A DNA stretch of 63,891 bases, counting the filler, from Octopus bimaculoides (taxonomy: Eukaryota), in NCBI RefSeq assembly GCF_001194135.2. It is 3 parts of 3 records of this genome, joined end to end, with 100 filler letters (N's around TTAATTAATTAA, not from the genome) between each part and the next. Parts side by side here need not be neighbours in the genome. Positions count along the whole stretch, not along the records: positions 31,796 to 62,048 come from NC_068982.1; positions 62,149 to 63,891 come from NW_026324917.1; 1 more part is not named here. One strand, written 5' to 3'. The notes beneath the pieces were generated by a model, which was given only the letters and a program-made list of their open reading frames with translations, made no database searches and had not been told where the DNA came from. Of the stretch, positions 52,655 to 63,891 are shown piece by piece. The position numbers and the translations under genes were made by a program. Numbering within the stretch: position 1 is the first letter of the stretch; each line of letters begins with the position of its first letter.

Positions 52655-52876
52655 ATAACACTGTCTATGTGATCTCGAATTTTAAAACAAACACAATTTT
52701 CTTATGGTTCCTTAAACATTCTCTAGAACAACACTATGTACAAATCGAAATATATGGTACCCTAGGCATAACACCTACATGAACTTCTAACTTGTTGTCT
52801 CTTGAGGTCTCTGGGTGAGACTTGGATCCAACTTGTACAAATGCAAAGCAAAAGTCAGACATAAAACAACAACAAC

Positions 52877-52957
<81 letters not shown>
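52562..52957 (+). mobile_element. Probable LINE 3' UTR (52655-52865) embedded between (AAT)n/(ATT)n arrays
   Basis: Unique 210-bp segment ending in a (CAA)(TAA)n tail and preceded by (AAT)n(ATT)n; R4/Dong-like affiliation is an inference from the TAA target. Confidence 0.45.
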
Positions 52958-52958
<1 letters not shown>

Positions 52959-52983
52959 TCAATAATTTCTTAAGTAACGAGAT

Positions 52984-53225
52984 GTGTTGCATCTATTTTG
53001 AGGTCTGGGTCTCATCAGGTACATCTACACATAAAGGTTTCTGTCTCGCTAAAGATCCTGAGCCTCCACTGTCATGTTGTTATATACCAGTCTGGTTAGG
53101 GAATGAAGCATCACCATTCGAGTATATAACAACATGACAGCCTAAGCTCAGGATCTTTAGCAAGACACAAACCTTTATGTGCAGATGAATCTGATGAGAC
53201 CCAGACTGCAAAATTGATGCAACAC
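52984..53225. repeat. 104-bp imperfect inverted repeat with 34-bp spacer; each arm contains CTGATGAG
   Basis: 52984-53087 versus 53122-53225, roughly 85-90% complementary. Confidence 0.85.
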
Positions 53226-54012
53226 AACATGTTGAAAGGAATCCCACCCATAAGGGACAGTAGCAGGATGGGTCGATACGATTGTTGTACAAAATAAAGA
53301 TTAATACCAAATCTATCTTCTGGTTACTTATGAAATTATTATCATTATTACAACTAATACTGCGGAATTCCTTGAGTAGAACCAACGCAAATACACCCCG
53401 ACTGCAGATGACACCAGGTATCCCAAACATTTTTTCATTTCAAATCACTACAACTGTTTCGAAATATTTCTACACACGTAGTGCATTGATGAGATGTTCT
53501 ATAATCATTACCACGTATCCAAGGTTTAGATTGTGCCTCCTGAAGTGATTGTTTAAATAAGTACTTCCTTATCCTACTGTTATTTCACTCTGTGTGAAAA
53601 TGCATACCAAAACTTATGTGTGATTTTTAGCAGTTTATAGGCAAAACTAAACCCATACATACAGTGACAGACAGCATATAATTATAAACAAAAAGCAAAA
53701 TACACAAATAGAGAAATGGACAAACAAACAAAAACAAAAACTGTTGAAAATGAAGCATCGCTTTGGATATGCATTCTCACACAGACTGAAACGATTGTAA
53801 GGATGTAACAAAGGACTTACTTAAGCAGTCACCTGGGATGCATGATAATCATTACACAACATCTGACCAATGTACAACAGGTATAAAAACGTGTCAAGAC
53901 AATTGTAGTAATTGTAAATAAAGAATGTCGTTCATTCCAATTTCTGTCATCTAATTTATCTACGCGTGCGCGCACATGCACACACACACATTCACGCACA
54001 AACACATATATC

Positions 54013-54057
<45 letters not shown>

Positions 54058-55240
54058 NNNNNNNNNNNNNNNNNNNNNNNNNNNNNNNNNNNNNNNNNNN
54101 NNNNNNNNNNNNNNNNNNNNNNNNNNNNNNNNNNNNNNNNNNNNNNNNNNNNNNNNNNNNNNNNNNNNNNNNNNNNNNNNNNNNNNNNNNNNNNNNNNNN
54201 NNNNNNNNNNNNNNNNNNNNNNNNNNNNNNNNNNNNNNNNNNNNNNNNNNNNNNNNNNNNNNNNNNNNNNNNNNNNNNNNNNNNNNNNNNNNNNNNNNNN
54301 NNNNNNNNNNNNNNNNNNNNNNNNNNNNTATATATATATACATATTAAATGGCGGTGCCCCAGCATGGCCACAGCTCATGAGCTGAAACTAGATAAAATG
54401 AAAATAAAATGAAATATAAATATATAGATAGATAGATATAAAGACTTACGTAAGTTTACTTCAATGAATTTCACTCACAAGCCATTGGTCGACTCGACAA
54501 TTTGGTAGAATACGCTTGTCCAAACAGATTCGTAATGGGATAAAATCCAAAACCATTATCATCCACTCGGTTAATAACCTGTTTATTTTTGACCAACATA
54601 TATGTTGGCAAACAACATCGAAAAGAGATTGCAAAAGCGGAGTAAAGTCAAAGAAACATTTCCTAACTGAATGAAATCATAACGTTGTTATACTTTATAT
54701 AAGAAAGAATCTCGAAATTGAAAAGTTAATCTGAAATACTATATCACAAGTAATAATAATAATTAATGGCTACGATAATAATAATAATGAGGATGACGAT
54801 GATGATGATGATTAAGAGAAACAGACTTCATAATGAAGTATGATTTAGTAACATACTATAATTATAAAACGTAATCAAAAGTTCTTTGCATATCAATCTT
54901 GTATAATGTACACTGTAAGCCATAGGCTTAAGTTTAATTGGAAATTTTGTTTCCGCATTTTGTTAAATAAGTTCTCTCAAAAAAACAGAGTTAAATCCTA
55001 CATTTCTCTTATGATCTCGACTATTAAATCGATGCCAGTCCTTGATCGATATCTTATTTAACTATATTAACCACGGAAGGTATAAAAGGTAAAGCTTACT
55101 TCAGCGAGATTTGTTGAGTGTTAAGTGTCATAACTACAGGCGATTCTGCTATTCAGTTATCGCCTTTATATGATACATTTTGGGAACTGTAAGAAAGAGG
55201 GAAACAAGAAATAATCCTGACTAAATCGCCACAAAACAAA

Positions 55241-55404
55241 TACAGACATACCTCAACTTATGTCCTTTCGTTTTATGTCGTTTTTCCAGTTACATCGCAC
55301 GTCTTGGAACCAACTACCTTGTTATGTCATTTTTCGAGTTACATTGCATGTGTTGGAACCACCTAGATACAGGCATACCTCAAAATAGTTGAGGTATGCC
55401 TGTA
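55241..55404. mobile_element. Tigger-like MITE with internal tandem duplication, ending in a 37-bp TIR-only hairpin
   Basis: tacagacatacctcaac at 55241; tacaggcatacctcaa-aatag-ttgaggtatgcctgta at 55368-55404. Confidence 0.6.
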
Positions 55405-56534
55405 TCAATTTTTTCGTTACATTATTAGATATGCACACAACACTTATACACAAAGAGTTTTTATGTAGCTTAGAGGGATTAGAGGGATTTCTCCGATACT
55501 TTATTTTTTATTTGAAACAGCAACAGAGCTAGCGCAATAATGTTTATCTAAATGCAGTAACAGTCAACATTTCATAGTTACAACCACCAAAACTACAGTG
55601 AAAGGAGTATTTGGTAGTCCTAAACTTGAACTCACTAGAGAGAAATCGAACCCAGATCGCTATGCAAAAGCAGCAAAACATCACAAACGCAATTCACTCA
55701 GTTATTGCTAACATCAGTAATCACTGACTACTCACATCTCGTGTTAAACAGGATCTCATTAACAGTTCCACCTTTTGGTGCCGTTTTCATTTTGAAAGAA
55801 TAGCTTTATATAGATCTGTTTTTTCTACTAACCAGAAGTGTCCGTATGAGAGTAGTGGCGCACTCTTTAGTTCAGTCAACTGCGAGTGTGGCTATAGCAG
55901 TTAAGATGATGGCGACGACGAGGACGGCACAGCTAAAACTACCTAGCAACTAGAATCATCCAACGAAGGCTACTGTACTATCTAGACCTGCAAAATCATC
56001 TGAAGTTGGTGAATTTTTGTAACTTGGTGTAAACATTTTTCTGTCGATTGCCGTGACAACAACACATCGTTTACTTTTAACGATAAAATAAACTAATTTT
56101 GTATCTAAAATTTCAAATGGAATTTGTGTACTTGCTTAAACGATATCAGATCAACTCAACAAAATCGTTTCATTAGTACAATAAAACAAAAAGGGATAAA
56201 ATGTTCTTCCTGAGTTACTGTGACGTGTATATTCCTCGCTAAACGGGACGTCGGTCCGTATGAGAAATACTCATTTTTACCCGCTGAGTGAACTGGAGCA
56301 ACGAGAAATGAAGTGTTTTACTGAAGAACACAACACATCGCACGTTCCAAAAATTGATACCACAATCTTACAATCATGAGTTCAACACACTAACCACAAA
56401 ACCACGCAACTCCGTCACAATCCAAAGCAAATACCTTATCGTTACACTGCTATCTTTTTTGACATTATTCCTTTAACATGACTGGCATTGTAAAAAGTTG
56501 TGCAAGGAGAAGCTTCTGGATTGTAGGAACTTAC

Positions 56535-56580
56535 CACACACGGATAAAAGGAATGCAGTTCTTCCCTGACTTCTCAGTTA
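56535..56580 (-). CDS. Candidate 46-nt host exon, (x)TEKSGKNCIPFIRV
   Basis: Acceptor tacttttag, perfect GTAAGT donor, only one frame open. Confidence 0.25.
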
Positions 56581-57114
56581 CTAAAAGTATCTATTATCGC
56601 GTAGTTATATTATTAAATATAGAGTCTTTTACACATGACTTACCGAAAATGTGCTGCAACTCTACAAAAGCAGTGGTAAGAAAATAGACACCCGAATACA
56701 TTATATGTACACAAGCAGATAAAACAATAGGAAATAAACTACACGAAATGCGTACGTGAACGCGTAGATTTATAAGCCTATGGTTACAATTGTTAAAGAT
56801 CGACTGATGGAATTTAATGGTTGACTACGATACTGATTACGTTACATTGTTTTGTTATGTTCCTCAACTGTAATTGGAAACTACGTTGTTTTCTGGGATT
56901 TTGTTCGAGTGAGAAAAATAATTCAAATACTTACATACATTATACATGTATGTGTGTGCCTATGTATATATATATGTGTGTGTGTTATATATTCTTTCTC
57001 TCAGTAACTATATATATATATATATATNNNNNNNNNNNNNNNNNNNNNNNNNNNNNNNNNNNNNNNNNNNNNNNNNNNNNNNNNNNNNNNNNNNNNNNNN
57101 NNNNNNNNNNNNNN

Positions 57115-57150
<36 letters not shown>

Positions 57151-58229
57151 TGTATGTATGTATGTGTATGTCCCACACATGCATCCGGGCACACATATAT
57201 TCATATGTCTTGTATGTATGTCCATAAATATGCATTTAATGTGTAACACAATTATGCGTGTAACGACAAAGATTATCGAGAACAAGTCAAAAGTGACAGG
57301 ATGTCAGACTGAGGCATAGTCTGCTTGTCAACTGAAGAATATCACATGAAAAGAAACTAGGCCCCATGGATTTACGCTGTTTGATGGTGTTTGATCGGAG
57401 GAGACTTCAATGGACGTTTGTATTCTGTCACAGAATGACAGCTCATCCCAACCGATCACACATGTGTCTAAAGCGATTGCAGCTTACTGGAATTAGTTAG
57501 GAAGCTGATTATCTTAAAAAAGAGTAAGACAGGAAATAAATATTTTTATTTCGATTGCAATAGGTATTCGGCTTTTGTTGTTCATTCTGAAGTTAGTAGA
57601 AAGGAAAAGAAAAGAAACATTATCTAGGGACGAAACCGTATGTCTCTATTACAGCTATTTTCTTCACACGCTTAAATTCGTGTTGTTAAGAAAAGCATGA
57701 AAGCCAAAGAATCCTACAAGCGATCCTATGAAACTGAGAGCCATGAGCTCATATAAAAGTCAGCTGCTGCCGTTAAACCCATTCCAGTTGCAACCACCTT
57801 GTGTTTTATATACGGGCAACCCTTCAGCTTCTTCTATCCAATGTGTCGTTTAACCCAATATTTACACGCTGTCATTTATAGCTTTATCTACTTCGAGTTT
57901 CACTGTACCAAAAATCAATTATTTCACTTCTCCCAATGTTTATAAACTCTTATGACGTCTTCAACATACAACTCTCGCCGGTAAGAATAAAGTTTCCTAA
58001 ATGGATTCAGAACTTCGAAGGATTGTCTTGGTCAAATAGTTGGACATCTCTCATGCTTACAGGAGGTGTCAGTTTCGTGTCCCACAAGCAACCTTCGACC
58101 TCTTTTTTTCCAAAGGGTTTTTAATCCAATATTAACAGATAATGGCTATCATTTATAGCTTTATCTGTTTTGAGATTCTCCTCTCCAAAAAATAAATATT
58201 TCGCGTTCGCTCGAAGTTTTCAAAACTCT

Positions 58230-58280
<51 letters not shown>

Positions 58281-58484
58281 NNNNNNNNNNNNNNNNNNNN
58301 NNNNNNNNNNNNNNNNNNNNNNNNNNNNNNNNNNNNNNNNNNNNNNNNNNNNNNNNNNNNNNNNNNNNNNNNNNNNNNNNNNNNNNNNNNNNNNNNNNNN
58401 NNNNNNTTTGAGGACATACATTTTTGGGGGGTCATTGCTGCATTTTTCGCTAACCCTGTATAATTTTTGCTTCACAAAATAATA

Positions 58485-59497
58485 ATGGCAGACACTCAGC
58501 TTACTCAAGAAATGGAGAGGCATGCTGTTATTGTGGTTATAAAGGCTGACCATAGCGATTTAGAAATATCTCGACTTTTAAAAATTGCCAGATCTTTCGT
58601 CTACAAAGTTTGTAAGGAGCTAGAGACTGAAGTTGGAAACGTATCACCAGTATCAAAGCATAAAAAGCATTCTAAATGCTCTGAAATCATCAGAACACCT
58701 GAATTTATCCAGTAAGTTCAACAGACCATTAATTACAATCCCAGAAAGTTCATGAGGTCTCCATGTGTTAGAAGGAACAGTCAGAAATGTTGTCCACGAA
58801 GACATCAGATGTATTATATGATAAGGAAAGGTCAATTTGTCAGAAAAAGCAAAAGAAAATCACTATATCAGATCTAAAAGGATCTTAAACAAACTGAAAA
58901 ATCCAGCAGAAGAAGATTTAATTTGTTTTTTCTCAAACGAGATCAAAATCAAGAAGTTAGCAGGAGAAATGAGAGATGATTATGTGCAGACCCTTCTGAA
59001 GTTTCAAGTGTTATGCATACAAAATTTCCTGCAACTGTCATGGTTTTAGGGGTTCTCAACAATGAAGGACATGTGATGCCTCTTTACTTCTTTCCACAAG
59101 GCCTTAAAGTTAACTCTGCCGCCTACACTGAGGTCCTGGAAGTAATTGTTAAGCCCTGAATAGACAGTATATGCAATGGAAAGTCATATGTGTTTTAGTA
59201 AGACTCTGCATTATCACACATGACTCTAGTAACACAGGAATGGACGGCTGAAAATTTTCATGATCACATAACATTTGGCCTCCTAATTCCCTAGATTTCA
59301 ATCCATTGGACTATTACATGTGAAGCATTGTTGAGAGAGAGGTCGATGAATGTGTCCATAACACCAAAGATTCTCTGAAAGCTGCCATAGTTAGATTAAT
59401 GTCCAAAATGAACCTGGACCACTTGATTCGAGCATGTAGAGGATTTAGATCTCATACAGAAGCAGTTGTTGAAGTTGAAGGTGGCTTTATTGAATAA
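58485..59497 (+). pseudogene. Near full-length decayed Tc1/mariner transposase, DD37D (maT)-like
   Basis: MADTQLTQEMERHAVIV...CFFS(D/N)E...HTKFPATVMVLG...QDSALSH...WPPNSLDFNPLDY...EAVVEVEGGFIE*; several stops and frameshifts. The 37-residue spacing needs a 7-nt deletion restored. Confidence 0.85.
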
Positions 59498-59569
59498 CAT
59501 TATAGGAAAGAAGGTTTATTTTTATCCTCACAGCATTTTTTAATAAATAAAGTTATTTTAATAAATAAA

Positions 59570-59867
59570 GTATTTTTATATAAGCTTAAAGCTTATAAAC
59601 TCGGCGCCGTATAAAAANNNNNNNNNNTATATATATATATATAATACAAATGATATATGAGCATATGCATGTATACATACATATATATACATACCTACAT
59701 CTACATGTATATATAGATGCATATCCGGGTACAGGACGTCAAAAAAAACGTGGACAAAAAAGGAACGGGAATATAAACAAAGCACATATATATATAACAG
59801 TTCTTCATATATATAATGGTTCTTTATACGGCGCCGAGTTTATAAGCTTAAGCTTATATAAAAATAC
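59570..59867. repeat. About 45-bp inverted repeat (59570-59614 / 59823-59867)
   Basis: tataagcttaaagcttataaactcggcgccgtata versus tatacggcgccgagtttataagcttaagcttata; a 10-N gap lies between. Confidence 0.75.
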
Positions 59868-59878
59868 CATTATCATTC

Positions 59879-60159
59879 CAGTTCTATATTTAAGAGTTGA
59901 GGTATTATATACATTATTTACATTTGACGGATATTTGTCCTCATCATGTTTATTGTTAACACAGCGTTTTGGCTGATATACCTTCCAGCCTTCATCAGGT
60001 ATCTTGGGGAAATTTCGAACCTGGCTTCTGATTCCTAAGGTAGTTTTCGATGTTGTTGTTGATATTATTATCATTATTATTATACAGGTCACTGCTTGGA
60101 ATTGAACTCGGAATCTTGGAGTTAGTAGTCCGCGCTCTTAACCACTACGCCGCATGCCC
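59879..60159 (-). mobile_element. tRNA-headed SINE (family E) whose 3' part carries a hammerhead motif
   Basis: Head gggcatgcggcgtagtggttaagagcgcggactactaactccaagattccgagttcaattcc (A and B boxes), (AAT)n spacer, then the P1 tail. Confidence 0.75.
59957..60003 (-). ncRNA. Hammerhead motif inside SINE E (this copy mutated)
   Basis: GAUAC-CUGAUGA-A-GGCUG(GAAGGUAUAU)CAGCC-AAA-ACGC-U-GUGUU; the copies at 23394-23602 show the intact GAAACGUU. Confidence 0.6.
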
Positions 60160-60485
60160 TTGGTTATAATTATCATTATTTACAGGATATATATATATAT
60201 ATNNNNNNNNNNNNNNNNNNNNNNNNNNNNNNNNNNNNNNNNNNNNNNNNNNNNNNNNNNNNNNNNNNNNNNNNNNNNNNNNNNNNNNNNNNNNNNNNNN
60301 NNNNNNNNNNNNNNNNNNNNNNNNNNNNNNNNNNNNNNNNNNNNNNNNNNNNNNNNNNNNNNNNNNNNNNNNNNNNNNNNNNNNNNNNNNNNNNNNNNNN
60401 NNNNNNNNNNNNNNNNNNNNNNNNNNNNNNNNNNNNNNNNNNNNNNNNNNNNNNNNNNNNNNNNNNNNNNNNNNNNNNNNNNNNN

Positions 60486-60567
<82 letters not shown>

Positions 60568-61039
60568 ATAGTATAATAATAATAATGATAATAATAAGTC
60601 ATTTGGACGAATAGGCATAAGTCGATTAGAGTATTTGTTACTGAATCCATCTGTTAATTAATATTGTGTCCTTTGCAAAAGTATATATACAAGATGTCGT
60701 TCTCAACAAAGTCCTTTCTAAGGCCTCTTGTGTTAAATGCGTCATATTAGGGAAAATGCCAACTTGTTAACGCTATCTACGAATAAATATATTTTATGTT
60801 CAAGAAATATAAGAACAGACAGAAAACTTTAAGGCACGCAAATAGAATGTGAGGCACGTAAATAAAATGAAAAGAACACGCACAGAATGTCTGGTAGGCG
60901 CATAAAATGTAAAATACACCTTCAACATGAAAGATAAATACAAAATATGTCAGGCGTTCACAAAGGAACATAGTTTGTGCCAATGTGCACAAATTTTAAA
61001 ATAAATATATTAGAAGTTATTATTTGTTTTCATTTGCTT

Positions 61040-61058
61040 ATTTTTTTTATCATAATAA

Positions 61059-61117
<59 letters not shown>

Positions 61118-61131
61118 GTTATTATTATTAT

Positions 61132-61168
<37 letters not shown>
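61040..61168. repeat. (ATT)n then (ACT)n compound microsatellite
   Basis: Direct reading. Confidence 0.95.
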
Positions 61169-61169
<1 letters not shown>

Positions 61170-61170
61170 A

Positions 61171-61335
61171 AAAGGCGGCGAACTGGCACAATCGTTAGCG
61201 CGCAGGACGGAATGCATAGCGGTATTTCGCCAATTCGCTACGCTCGGAGTTCAAATTCCGCCGAAGTCGAGACTTTATTCTTCATCCTTTCGCTGTCGAT
61301 AAAATAAGTACCAGTTGAACACTGGGGTTGATGTA
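61171..61335 (+). mobile_element. SINE family B
   Basis: Head and core, truncated by (TA)n. Confidence 0.8.
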
Positions 61336-61487
61336 ATATATATATATGCATGTATGTATGCGTATGTATGTATATATATGTAATTATAATACTCATATAT
61401 ACATACATATATGTATGTATATATGTATACGTATGTATATATGTATATGTATGTGTGTATTTATATATGTATCTCTCTCTCTTTATC

Positions 61488-61588
<101 letters not shown>

Positions 61589-62048
61589 GCACATCAGCAA
61601 TGAAGATGATGCCATAAATGAAATGGCTACCCTCCATGTTTCCTTTGTAAGGTTTACCACTTTGATTGTTATAGTATATGAAGTGAGATCCATCCCTTTA
61701 TACGAGTAGATTACATGGATGTCAGAAATACTGTTCCCTTTAGGCTGTCTGCGTGTATGCGTGCATACGCACACGTATTGCGACCAGTGCACAAGAGAAA
61801 TTAATGTGCGCAGAAGAAATTAATGAGCGCACAGAGGAGGATTAGTTGCAAAAATGCTGTTGGGAAAATGCTGTTGCAATCAATAATACTACTTATTACA
61901 CAATATTTAATAATTACACACGCACACACACGCACGCACGCACACACACACATACACATATATATATATATGTACTCTTTTACTCGTTTACTTGTTTCAC
62001 TCATTTGACTGTGGCCATGTACTTATTCTATCGGTCTCTTTTGCCGAA

Positions 62049-62148
62049 NNNNNNNNNNNNNNNNNNNNNNNNNNNNNNNNNNNNNNNNNNNNTTAATTAA
62101 TTAANNNNNNNNNNNNNNNNNNNNNNNNNNNNNNNNNNNNNNNNNNNN
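62049..62148. other. Artificial 100-bp scaffold spacer (44N-TTAATTAATTAA-44N)
   Basis: Same construct as 31696-31795. Confidence 0.9.
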
Positions 62149-62191
<43 letters not shown>

Positions 62192-62192
<1 letters not shown>

Positions 62193-62390
62193 GCAAAGCT
62201 GCGAGCAGGGAGAATCGTTAACACGCCGAACGAAATACTTAAGAATCTTTCGTTTATTTTTACGTTCTGAGTTCAAATTTCGCCGAGGTTTTTGCTTTTC
62301 CTCTTTTCGTGATCGATAAAATAAGTACCAGTTGAGCATTGGTCCAACCCATTCCCTCAAAATTTCGAGCCTTCTACCAATTCTAGAAAG
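62192..62390 (+). mobile_element. Decayed SINE family B
   Basis: gttctgagttcaaatttcgccgagg core. Confidence 0.75.
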
Positions 62391-62934
62391 AATTATGATT
62401 GTTGCGCTTGTGGATGCTAATTCAGTTAGCAGGTATTTTAGCTTGAGGTTTGGTGACAACTGGTCTCCTCAATTCTCAAGAATCTCTTTTAATATTCTTG
62501 TAGAATATAGATTGATACATTTCTGCTGGTGGACGATACAAATTTCAATTCCAATTTTTTCCAATTTTGGTATGGAAAGGGTTTTACGAGAATTAGTTAT
62601 TTTCAGGTTGACAATGTTTTTCTTAAGACGTAAGCAGTAACTATGTGAATAATTTTTTGAAGATCCGATATCTTGAGGTTTCTTTATTATTTCTATTATA
62701 GCCTAGTGGTTAGGGTGTTGCACACACGATCGCGAGATCGTATTCTTGAGCAAAACACATCTCACGTTGCTCTGCAATCACTTTGACTCCTGACATGGTA
62801 CACCTTGCATCTATTGAGACAATGTCGATTTGATTCAGGGAGTGAGCACATACGTTTGATCACTATAAACAAATTATTTGCGTAGGTCGTTCGGCATAAG
62901 GTGTGTCCGTCATTGTTATTATTATTATTATTGA

Positions 62935-63545
62935 GTGAGAGACCAGTGCATGCCATCAAAGTGACACTGGGGTAAAATATATGAAGCCCAGTATACCCAT
63001 CATGACTACTCGTCTGATAAGAGTACACCAGACCCATGCATCACAACCATATATGCGCGCGACATGATGATCTCATATCAAGATAAACAGCGCATGATCT
63101 TGCAGGTGGGGTCCAGTTAGAATTTTCTTCAGGTCGAGTAGCCCATCCCGCTCAAAANNNNNNNNNNCCAGTTAGAATTTTCTTCAGGTCGAGTAGCCCA
63201 TCCCGCTCAAAAGGTCCCTGAATAAGGGTTGTTTAAGGATGTTGAACAAAACACTCATATTTCCAGAGGTGAATTACCCAAACCACAAAGGATTCTTCTC
63301 AACACACGCTTATGGTGCTCCCCCACTACTTCTGCTCGTGACCAGAGATGCACATATCGTCAGCCACCAAGGGACATACTCAACTGGTTAAGGCCAAGCA
63401 ACCGACGAGCAAGTCTGTGGTATCGAGCAGAATATTTGATGTAGTTCATCTTTTATACAAGACAAAACAATGTACATGATAACATTTCCAATCAGATAAG
63501 ATCAAAAGCCATGAGTGCCACTGCCTGGTACTGCATCAGAGCATT
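62935..63545 (-). mobile_element. Unclassified interspersed repeat, about 560 bp
   Basis: GC-richer non-coding block bounded by (ATT)n-like tracts, as retroposed copies are; only one copy in the window, so repeat status is inferred. Confidence 0.4.
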
Positions 63546-63891
63546 CATTTTATTATTACTATCATTATCATTACTGTTGTTGTTATGTGCGCTACCAAGA
63601 CTTCGGGTTTTAGAAAAAATTTAGACAAGTCAACTTCTTTGATGATCGATACTTTTTCTGAAATTTCAGAACGCTTTTTGGTTGACTTCTGCATAATTCT
63701 AATTTAACGTAAAGTGTATAAACAGGATAAGAAGTGAATCCTTATTATTTATATAAAATAAAGCATATTGTTTATTCAAACTGACTTTCTTATTCTCGTA
63801 GTTCTAGTTTCAGACAACTGATGGACAAAGTTGTGCGAAACTGAAACCACTCATACTTACATATGCATACATACACATGCATATACACACA

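Noticed and set aside
55850-56040. Hydrophobic minus-strand peptide LLGSFSCAVLVVAIILTAIATLAVD resembling a TM or GPI tail
   Set aside because: Two in-frame stops directly upstream and no acceptor gives a phase compatible with the 56535-56580 candidate exon.
60831-60912. Loosely repeated aggcacgyaaataraatg motif as a CRISPR-like array
   Set aside because: Units are short, irregular and diverged, with no spacer structure; eukaryotic context.
63113-63212. 45-bp direct repeat around a 10-N gap
   Set aside because: Identical sequence on both sides of a minimal gap is an unmerged contig overlap.

Overview
AT-rich, microsatellite-dense eukaryotic DNA with many N gaps. The SINE families and repeat spectrum look like a cephalopod (Octopus-type) draft assembly; this is an inference, not a database result. 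There is no intact multi-hundred-codon gene: nearly all long ORFs in the supplied track are read-through of N runs or (TA)n/(TG)n/(GA)n tracts. The window is mostly transposon debris: more than 20 copies of one tRNA-derived SINE with a Meta-domain-like core, about 12 pieces of a bipartite tRNA SINE with an internal microsatellite, other tRNA SINEs with clean target-site duplications (TSDs), three RTE and one CR1-like LINE 3' ends, an internally deleted Tx1/L1 element, a decayed mariner, a near-complete decayed DD37D/maT transposase, and several MITEs. The main unexplained signal is a set of at least five unrelated short repeat families that all fold into the minimal type-I hammerhead ribozyme layout known from Penelope-like elements: stem I - CUGANGA-like box - one extra base - stem II - GAA - palindromic helix III - cleavage base - stem I. 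These include a tRNA-headed SINE ending in a hammerhead (59879-60159), a family with CUGUUGA in two identical copies (991-1027, 15369-15405), and a copy with a swapped G3-C8 core pair (50386-50436). Two 100-bp spacers (44N-TTAATTAATTAA-44N) are artificial scaffold joins, so adjacency across 31.7 kb and 62.1 kb is not guaranteed. A few small candidate host exons are flagged at low confidence.
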